Shown here: piece by piece, positions 57,100 through 64,000 of the stretch
Layout of the letters: each line of letters starts with the position of its first letter
Numbering within the stretch: position 1 is the first letter of the stretch
Source: Wickerhamiella versatilis
Lineage: Eukaryota
NCBI GenBank assembly: GCA_030867685.1
Contig: JAQOWU010000007.1
Location: 1,178,001 to 1,242,000, forward strand
DNA: 64,000 nt
Direction of reading: 5' to 3'
The notes under the pieces: model-generated
The model's input: only the letters and a program-made list of their open reading frames with translations
What the model was told of the DNA's origin: nothing
Database searches by the model: none
Translations under genes and position numbers: made by a program

Positions 57100-58233
57100 T
57101 CAGTCGTTTTTCCACACACCACCAAAATGGTGCTGTACAAAAGCACCAGCGTCACTGATAGGCTTAGAGCCCATATGTCCGACGCCAGGGCTAAACGCTG
57201 TGATTGGCAGCGTCAAGACATCAGCGTATTGCACTGGTTCCTCCAAGTTAGTGAAGTTGTTCCATGTTATTGGTTTTTCGGAAACAGACACCGAGTCGTT
57301 TAGGTATGTAAAAATCTGATCCGTCCAGATACCGGGACCTGTCCAGTCCATAATCTCTTTGCCTCTCTCTGAATCTGTAGGGAGATAAATACCGTTCTCA
57401 GCCTTTCGAGCAAGGGTCTGCTCAGTGATAGCTGCAACCAAGGATCTCAACAAGGGATGCCCAGGCTTTGATTGGATTGTCCACTGACAGAACTGGATGC
57501 GACGGGCATAGTGCTCACGCCAGTCGGGGCGGTCTGGATCAGCCTCGATACCGATTATAAGCCCCATGGTTAGCGGGTCAGCGGAGGCTGGTACCCACAT
57601 CGGGATCGGCTTCAGCGCCTCAGTATCGACGTCAGAGTAAACCCCTCCACGAGCGAGCAAAATGAGATAGCGGAAGAAATCGGCCCTAAGAATCGGATCG
57701 GGCATAGTCTCGTACGCCTCCACGACCTTTGGAATGTTGCTATACAGGTGCTGCACCATCTTGAGAGCATAATCGTCGGTTAGGAGCTCATGCGTGAACT
57801 TGGAGTTAAGACGGCGCCAAGATTCGATATTGTCACGAATGTTCGTCTCCAGAGTTGGATCGATCAAATGCTTTTTCCATGTTTGCCAAATATATGCCGG
57901 AAATTTCTCCTGTTTGCGGTATGGAAACTGGTATTTGAGCTGGTCGAGAATAGACGCAGAGTCCGGCAAACGACGCAACCCTTGGATCTGTTTCTCAAGA
58001 ATACGACGCTGAGCCTGGAGCTTCTTTATCTCCTCCTGCTGAGAGCTCTCCCTCGACTCAGTGGTCTGTTGCAACTCCTTGAGTGCGTTCTCTTGGATGC
58101 GCTCCCACTGTTGCAACTTCTGCTCTAATTCATTTTGCTGCCGCAAAGGTTCATCCCACTTCTTTCCACAGAAAAGGAGAAATAACAAGAGGACCGAAAC
58201 CGCAATAAGAGCGGCTCGGCGAAAGGTCAACAT
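57100..58233 (-). CDS. GT32 alpha-1,6-mannosyltransferase (Och1/Hoc1 family)
   Basis: Type II anchor, FPAYIWQTWK, ILRADFFRYLILLARGGVYSDVD, GIEADPDR.DW...YARRIQFCQW, WTGPGIWTD; ATG at 58233. Confidence 0.93.
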   Translation of the reverse strand: MLTFRRAALIAVSVLLLFLLFCGKKWDEPLRQQNELEQKLQQWERIQENALKELQQTTESRESSQQEEIKKLQAQRRILEKQIQGLRRLPDSASILDQLKYQFPYRKQEKFPAYIWQTWKKHLIDPTLETNIRDNIESWRRLNSKFTHELLTDDYALKMVQHLYSNIPKVVEAYETMPDPILRADFFRYLILLARGGVYSDVDTEALKPIPMWVPASADPLTMGLIIGIEADPDRPDWREHYARRIQFCQWTIQSKPGHPLLRSLVAAITEQTLARKAENGIYLPTDSERGKEIMDWTGPGIWTDQIFTYLNDSVSVSEKPITWNNFTNLEEPVQYADVLTLPITAFSPGVGHMGSKPISDAGAFVQHHFGGVWKND

Positions 58234-58403
58234 CTGACTGCCCCTTAAATTACAGGCCTTATGACTAATCACCTTCTAACACATTAATTCAGGTCTGTAA
58301 ACCTTACAACCAAGCCACCTCCCCCACTATATTCAATTACATAAACAATTAAAGAGATTCCAAAAAGTCTGCCATAGCTAAACAAGAAAACAAGAAATTA
58401 TCA

Positions 58404-59870
58404 TTAAACAGCAACTGGCCTCGGGTCTTGCTGCACATCAGTAGGGGGTTCTAGAGCACTGATGCCTGAAGACGCGCGTGACTTTCTTCGGTAGTCATAC
58501 GCGTCTGGGTAAGCCTCTTTACGTTGGATGGTGCCCATGGAGAAGATGCCCTCACCCTCGAACATTGCTTCGTACTCCTGTAACTGGGCACGATCACTTC
58601 CGACCAGCTCGTCCTCCTCAGTCATTCTGATGTGCGTCCATTTGGACAGGATTGGGGTATAATTCATTATGACAAGGATCAGACTGGTAACGACAAACGA
58701 CCAGCCATATACGGATCCAATTGCTGCCAACTGATAAGGCAGCTGGACGTAGTGGTGGTCAAACCAACCAAGTGGGCCACCGCTGCCAACCCCGTCCAGG
58801 GAAAAGACGTAATTAGCAGCAAACAGCGAAGTGCAAATGGACCCCACGGCACCTCCCACCCCATGGAGGGCAAAGACATCAAGGCCATCGTCAATGCGGA
58901 TTAGGAACTTAAGGAGAGTTGCAGCATTGCAGCATGCAGCAGTTACTGCCCCGATAGCCACGGAGGTCCAGACTGGCACGAAACCAGCGGCCGGGGTGAT
59001 GCCCACAAGACCAGCTATGGCACCAGAACACATGCCAACTGTGGACCACTTGCGGAACCGGGCATAATCGATAAACAACCAGACGAGCGCTGCCGTGGAC
59101 GCGGCAACATTGGTATTAACGATAGCGTACCACGAACGGATTGTCGCGTTTCCTGTACTGCCTCCATTAAATCCGAACCACCCAAACCACAGGAATATTG
59201 TCCCGAATACAACCAAAAGGACAGATCCAGGCTTATATACCGGATTGCGGTCGTCGGTCACAGGGTCCTTACGCTTGCCGCATATCAGGGCGTACGCCAA
59301 GGCACCGATACCGGACGCCATATGCACTGGTCCTCCTCCCGCGAAGTCAAGTGCACCGAGGCTGGCGAGCCAGCCCTCGGTGTTCCAGGTCCACTCGGCA
59401 ATAGGGCAGTAAACTATGGTAATCCAGATGAACAAGAAGAGCATCATTGGCCCGAGGCGGGCCCGTTCATGAGCACCGCCCAGCATAATGATTCCGGTAA
59501 CACAGGCGAACATGCCCTGAAACAAACAATAAACGATATCTGGGACACTGTCAGAGCCAACTGAAGGGTCCGCGAGTACTTTCATGAGAGAGAAGTTGTT
59601 GATCTTACCCCAGAAGTCGCCTGCCTTGTGGCTGAACACAAATGTGTAACCCCAGAAAAACCACTGGAAGGTAACCAGCGCCACTGTCATCATTGATGCC
59701 CATACTAGGGACAGTGCATGTTTCTTTCGAGAGAGACCTGCATAGAAGAAGCCGATTCCCGGGATCATCAGCCACACAAGCAGGCCCGCAACAACAACCC
59801 AGACCGTATCACCCCGGTCATATGGCTCATTCAGATCTTGGCCAGTGGAATTACCGCCAAAAGCTCCCAT
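58404..59870 (-). CDS. Ammonium permease (Mep/Amt family, Mep2-like)
   Basis: FQWFFWGY, FQGMFA, LDFAGGGPVH, LWFGWFGFNGGS, GLVGITPAAG, DDGLDVFALHG. Confidence 0.95.
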   Translation of the reverse strand: MGAFGGNSTGQDLNEPYDRGDTVWVVVAGLLVWLMIPGIGFFYAGLSRKKHALSLVWASMMTVALVTFQWFFWGYTFVFSHKAGDFWGKINNFSLMKVLADPSVGSDSVPDIVYCLFQGMFACVTGIIMLGGAHERARLGPMMLFLFIWITIVYCPIAEWTWNTEGWLASLGALDFAGGGPVHMASGIGALAYALICGKRKDPVTDDRNPVYKPGSVLLVVFGTIFLWFGWFGFNGGSTGNATIRSWYAIVNTNVAASTAALVWLFIDYARFRKWSTVGMCSGAIAGLVGITPAAGFVPVWTSVAIGAVTAACCNAATLLKFLIRIDDGLDVFALHGVGGAVGSICTSLFAANYVFSLDGVGSGGPLGWFDHHYVQLPYQLAAIGSVYGWSFVVTSLILVIMNYTPILSKWTHIRMTEEDELVGSDRAQLQEYEAMFEGEGIFSMGTIQRKEAYPDAYDYRRKSRASSGISALEPPTDVQQDPRPVAV

Positions 59871-59925
59871 GTTTATCGTTACTGGAAATTTCCTTTCTAG
59901 AGAAGGAAAGTTGTTATTTTATGTA

Positions 59926-59947
59926 TATATGAGTCATCAATGATAAG
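59926..59947 (-). promoter_or_regulatory. TATA-fused perfect Gcn4 site ATGAGTCAT plus GATAAG site upstream of the MEP gene
   Basis: TATATGAGTCAT at 59926-59937; GATAAG at 59942-59947. Confidence 0.65.
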
Positions 59948-60232
59948 ACTTTACCATTTACAGAAACTAGTGATTAGGGTATGCTTTTTGTTGCAGAAAC
60001 AGAACCGGGCAAGGTGCCAGCGTCTCCAGGTGATCGGCGGAATAAGGATCGAGCTTAATATCTTGTTTACAAATACGCAGGGACACACGGAAAAACATGA
60101 TATTGCGGCTAATAATGCAAACTATATAAAACCTAAAGAAAAGCGAACAGATATCGGAAATCGGGGTCCCTTCTCGCACTCTCTAGGGGGGTCAACCTTA
60201 ATCAACCTTAATCGACCATACGTCTCATAGGT

Positions 60233-60272
60233 AAGGTCAAGGTCAAGGTCAAGGTCAAGAGTCATGAGTCAT
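60233..60272 (+). repeat. (AAGGTC)x4 direct repeat running into overlapping GAGTCAT/ATGAGTCAT
   Basis: AAGGTC x4 at 60233-60256; ATGAGTCAT at 60264-60272. Confidence 0.9.
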
Positions 60273-60291
60273 CGAATCTAGAGATCACTGA

Positions 60292-60843
60292 TCATTTATC
60301 GCCAAAAAGCGAGGAATCGTTGACCTCAAATGATGCTATAAACGTCTTGGTGATCCGTATAAAAGTATTCACCAAGTCATCGGCTGGAGTAGGCGCATCA
60401 TTATAATCTTTCTCCGCTTGGTCGAATTCAAAGGTAGAGGTCACCATGACGTCCGTCAAGGATTCTTTGAGGGTGAAAAGCGAAAATACATTGTAAGTGC
60501 GCCCATGATCGCGACCTCTTTCTCCTGGCGAAACCTTAGTTGGTTCGATGCAGTTAACTAGATTTGCAGTTTCATATTTGCCAATTTTTTCCGTCCAGGT
60601 CATTACGGGATCCGGAATCGCATCTCCTGAAAAATGTACAACCTCACGTACGTGAATATTCAGGGCCTCAATGAGAGAATGCGCCTCAACGTGCTCATTA
60701 AGCTCAACGATGAATGCAGCGCTTATATTACTCCACGAACCTACATAGACCTCCTGGTTATCCGGGACTTGACGAAACTCTGACGCATCTATCATGTTAG
60801 GTGGAAGCTCGGCGGTCACGGCACCTCCCCAAAGCTCAGGCAT
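60292..60843 (-). CDS. MOG1: Ran guanine-nucleotide release factor Mog1
   Basis: LWGGAV...LP...DASEFRQVPDNQEVY, IVELNE, TDVMVT, SFEVNDSSLF; ATG at 60843. Confidence 0.92.
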   Translation of the reverse strand: MPELWGGAVTAELPPNMIDASEFRQVPDNQEVYVGSWSNISAAFIVELNEHVEAHSLIEALNIHVREVVHFSGDAIPDPVMTWTEKIGKYETANLVNCIEPTKVSPGERGRDHGRTYNVFSLFTLKESLTDVMVTSTFEFDQAEKDYNDAPTPADDLVNTFIRITKTFIASFEVNDSSLFGDK

Positions 60844-61064
60844 TTGCAACGTCGAGAAGGTGGTTCTTACTCAGGTATTATACGAAGGTGAATTGTTACT
60901 ATTGCTGGACGGTGCTCACTCGCAGACTTGTTTATTACGCTAATCAACTAATTAACTAGAAGGCAATATTGAGACAAACAAAGTTAAAAAATAATATCTC
61001 TCCTCACCACGACAGTGAAAAGAGAAGCCTTTTGTCTTCGTCAGCACTGGCGATTTACGTGCTC

Positions 61065-62552
61065 ATGGGCAATGACCTCTACGGCTTTGCAGACCTTGGG
61101 ACTTTTAACATCCGCTTCAGTATAACAAGTCTCAGCGAAAATCATGCTCGTCTACTCCCTTATGTGTTCCAGGATCGCGCACCGGTATCGCTCTATAAAG
61201 GCCCTGGAGTGCCCATCGAGGATAGCGAAGCAGCCGACGCTGTTGCATGCCTGCTGCGCTTTAAATCGATTTGCAAGGATTACTGTGTTCCACCCAGAAA
61301 TGTTATAGTGGCAGCAAATCTACAGGAGGCCCCGAACTTCGACAAGGTATGCAGCGAGATAGAGTCTCGCCTAGGTTTGAAGGTGGCTCGTCTCGGAACC
61401 CACGGTGAATCATGGGCAAATGTCTATGGAGTTGCTTCTTGCTTTTACGAGCCTTGTGGGGTCTATGTGGAGTTGCGTCAAAGAAGTGCATTTCTTTATT
61501 GGATGAAGTTTCGCGATGGAAAGGAGGAAGCATCGGCACCTATCGAGGTACCCTACGGTTACAATCTACTAAAGAGCCATACAGATGCTCAGGTTGAAGA
61601 ATTTTCCGACCGTCTTGATCGTGTGATGCCTTCATTCAAGTTGCGAGAGCGTCGTCATGGATGGCATGTCTACCTGTCTTCATCGGGGTTTGGCGGATTA
61701 AACAATATTCTGATGTCGCGGTATCCAAAATCGCCATTGCCACTTGTGAATGGAATGAAGATGCCTATCAAAGACCTCTGCGAATGGCCGAAAGAAAATA
61801 CTCTTTTGGCTGGCACGTTACAGGCACTGGGAAAGGCCTTGGAAGCACATCACGCCAAGCATGTCTATTATTGCAGACATAATCTGCGTGACGGTCTCCT
61901 TTTTCAATCACTTCCTAAGGAGATTCGCACGCAGGATCCTCTCGTAGTTGCAACTCGACCATTCTCACTCAAAGGAGCTGGCTCATTGATGCATGGTATC
62001 CGCGCAGCATTACCGCAATCGTGCCCAAGCTTTATATCGTTACGACTTGTAGAGGCACTGGCCAATTCAGCATACATACACTCTACGTACCCCCAGGAGA
62101 TGCAGGCAAGTGCGGCCTTGACATGCGCCGTTGACGGCGTGATCTCGGGTGCACATGGACTGACCCACGAGGAAAGAGCATTATTTGGTCTCGCTCTAAG
62201 TAATCGTTGGGGTGGACGACTTACCCATCGGTGGCAAGGCCTACGTAATTCTCTCCTGCATATCTGTAGACGGCACCTCGGGTGGTGGGCCCTGTATTTG
62301 GGATGGATCATGCACCTGCTAGGCTGTGCCTATCCGGGTGCCCATGTACGGAACGACATTATTCACATCAGCTGTGCTGAGGGTCCCGAAAAATTACTCA
62401 AGTTGACTGTCAGTTTGAGCCAAGACAGCGTATATAGTTGCAACGCCATTATGAGAAGAAGAGTCTCTTATGTTTGTGAACGTCTTCAGGACCTTAACGA
62501 TGAATTCTATGGAGAGCATATGCCCATAGTCGAGGTCCATACAATCCAATAG
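61065..62552 (+). CDS. Rtg2-like Ppx/GppA-fold protein with degenerate nucleotide-binding motifs
   Basis: DLG..NIRFSITSLS...ARLLP..FQDRA.VSLY, RFK.IC.DY, RDGLLF..LP.EIR.QDPL, HGLTH.ERA..GL....RWGG; ATG at 61065. Confidence 0.82.
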   Translation: MGNDLYGFADLGTFNIRFSITSLSENHARLLPYVFQDRAPVSLYKGPGVPIEDSEAADAVACLLRFKSICKDYCVPPRNVIVAANLQEAPNFDKVCSEIESRLGLKVARLGTHGESWANVYGVASCFYEPCGVYVELRQRSAFLYWMKFRDGKEEASAPIEVPYGYNLLKSHTDAQVEEFSDRLDRVMPSFKLRERRHGWHVYLSSSGFGGLNNILMSRYPKSPLPLVNGMKMPIKDLCEWPKENTLLAGTLQALGKALEAHHAKHVYYCRHNLRDGLLFQSLPKEIRTQDPLVVATRPFSLKGAGSLMHGIRAALPQSCPSFISLRLVEALANSAYIHSTYPQEMQASAALTCAVDGVISGAHGLTHEERALFGLALSNRWGGRLTHRWQGLRNSLLHICRRHLGWWALYLGWIMHLLGCAYPGAHVRNDIIHISCAEGPEKLLKLTVSLSQDSVYSCNAIMRRRVSYVCERLQDLNDEFYGEHMPIVEVHTIQ

Positions 62553-62630
62553 CAGCTCCCAACAGCTACGCCTGACTTAATTTATCATATCGTCCTAGAT
62601 ATATATACTTTGACGCTAGTTTTGAATCCA

Positions 62631-63998
62631 TCATACTCGCTTGACACCGAGGCTACCTCCATTGGCCGCACGCTTCTGCGAAAGAGCGGCAATGATAGCG
62701 GCGCCAGCACCAGAGCCATCCTCTGCAGCTACCATGGTAATGGGATGATCCTTCTCATACGGCGAATCCCAATCAAAGATGTCTGCAAGTGCTTTGGCAG
62801 CCCGCTCTTTGAAATGTGGGTATCTGTTAAACACAGAACCATCTGCACCAGCCTTTGCGGTCTTCAGATTGCGTTTCATTGTCATTGCAGCTACACCGCA
62901 CATAGATAGACGCGATGCTCTGGTACCCAGCAGCTCTGCGAGATGGCGGATCAGCTCACGCTCAGCATCCGTCGTGGAGATACCGTAATTCTCTGAGAAA
63001 AGAGTCTCTGTATCACTCAAGTTCTCAAATGGGTCCAACTCGATCTTAGCCAAGAATTCCGCATCCATCACAAATTTCTTGTCTAGTTTCGAAACGTCTT
63101 GCCCACGGAATATGCGACCCTGCTGGATGAGATCTTGAAGTATGAAACGAAGAAGTTCACCCAGAGTATAACCAGCAATCATCTTTTCAAAGCTTTGTTG
63201 ACCCGGGCGAGGACTTTCGAGATCAAGTCTATCATCATACTTCGTGCGGGGGAGCACCACATGATCATTATCAAAGGCGCCATACTCGCAGTTAATTGCC
63301 ATCCAGGAATCGGGACCGATGTCAGGAGGACACAGGCCCTCCAGCTTTGGAATGTTACCCACCTTGTCGTAGTAGGCAGCATTGCAGCCAGTGCCGAAGA
63401 TGCATCCCATTTCAATAGCTGGATCACAATAGTTAGAAATAACTAGAGTTCCTGTGGTGTCATTGATGACTGCACCAACTTTCACAGGTACCTTCTTTTG
63501 GTCCAGTGCGGCCTGGAGAAGGGGAGTCACATCCTTTCCCTCGACACCATCAACATCCCAGCCTTTTGTCCATCGTTGAAGGACACCGTGGTTAATAGCA
63601 TCCTGGGTTACTGGGTAGGAGAAAGTGAAACCGATGTAAACATCCTCCTTGCCGTAATCCTCTGGATGATAGTGTCTGAGGAAATTGTCCACACAATCAG
63701 CAGTGAAGTTCCAGAGCTCATCGCTGGTTCCTGTAATGACCTGTTGAGGAATCTTGTATTTTGATTGCGTGGTATCAAATCCCCGGCGGCCGTCCAGAGT
63801 AATCTCTGCGACACGCAAGTTTGTGCCACCCATATCAAGGGCGAGGAATGTCCCGGTTTCTTTTCCTGTGGGATAATCCATCACCCACGCAACATTCATC
63901 GGGATGTTTCCACCCTCCTTACTTAGGCCCTTTTCCAGTTCTTTCACGAAGTGTTTTGATATTTGTTTCAGCTTTTCAGCATCGACAGTCAAAAGATC
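62631..63998 (-). CDS. Hexokinase (5' truncated by the window edge)
   Basis: IPMN, LALDMGGTNLRV, GFTFSYP, QRWTKG, INDTTGT, IFGTGCN, NCEYGAFDN, FEKM.AG, DGSV, EDGSG. Confidence 0.97.
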   Translation of the reverse strand, partial: DLLTVDAEKLKQISKHFVKELEKGLSKEGGNIPMNVAWVMDYPTGKETGTFLALDMGGTNLRVAEITLDGRRGFDTTQSKYKIPQQVITGTSDELWNFTADCVDNFLRHYHPEDYGKEDVYIGFTFSYPVTQDAINHGVLQRWTKGWDVDGVEGKDVTPLLQAALDQKKVPVKVGAVINDTTGTLVISNYCDPAIEMGCIFGTGCNAAYYDKVGNIPKLEGLCPPDIGPDSWMAINCEYGAFDNDHVVLPRTKYDDRLDLESPRPGQQSFEKMIAGYTLGELLRFILQDLIQQGRIFRGQDVSKLDKKFVMDAEFLAKIELDPFENLSDTETLFSENYGISTTDAERELIRHLAELLGTRASRLSMCGVAAMTMKRNLKTAKAGADGSVFNRYPHFKERAAKALADIFDWDSPYEKDHPITMVAAEDGSGAGAAIIAALSQKRAANGGSLGVKRV

Positions 63999-64000
63999 CG

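Noticed and set aside
1-64000. Transposons, LTRs, CRISPR arrays, bacterial-derived operons, and the many 60-180 aa antisense ORFs
   Set aside because: No transposase/RT motifs, terminal repeats or spacer arrays seen; all recognised genes are fungal-type; the short ORFs overlap well-supported genes and show no motifs

Overview
Gene-dense, essentially intron-free stretch of an ascomycete yeast nuclear genome. The gene set, compactness and an Ffz1-like fructose facilitator suggest the fructophilic Wickerhamiella/Starmerella clade; this is an inference. The window holds about 41 protein-coding genes, mostly housekeeping (PRX1, HIR1, CKB2, ARO8, CDH1, a septin, MSW1, CYC2, CIA1, RPO41, MOB2, VPS35, CDC6, GCN4-like, FFZ1-like, PRP5, IST1, TAM41, OPI1, RPN4, MHR1, TAF6, SDH7, ATG22, CNB1, PXA1, OCH1-like, MEP-type, MOG1, RTG2-like, hexokinase), and three tRNA genes (Met-CAT and Ile-TAT with introns, Ser-GCT intronless). 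No transposon, CRISPR array or bacterial operon was seen. Most notable observations: (1) a 1.25-kb spacer with no credible protein-coding gene at 45811-47062 contains many nested helices whose G.U pairs all favour the + strand, i.e. a candidate ~850-nt unannotated ncRNA, possibly telomerase RNA; (2) a recurrent composite core-promoter element, a Gcn4/AP-1 site TGASTCA fused directly to TATA about 50-60 bp upstream of the ATG, in ARO8, the FFZ1-like gene and the MEP gene, with a uORF-bearing Gcn4-like gene in the same window; (3) head-to-head gene pairs separated by only 23, 28 and 60 bp; (4) the FFZ1-like gene bracketed by two tRNA genes, with a sugar-transporter-type promoter; (5) several degenerate or streamlined proteins.
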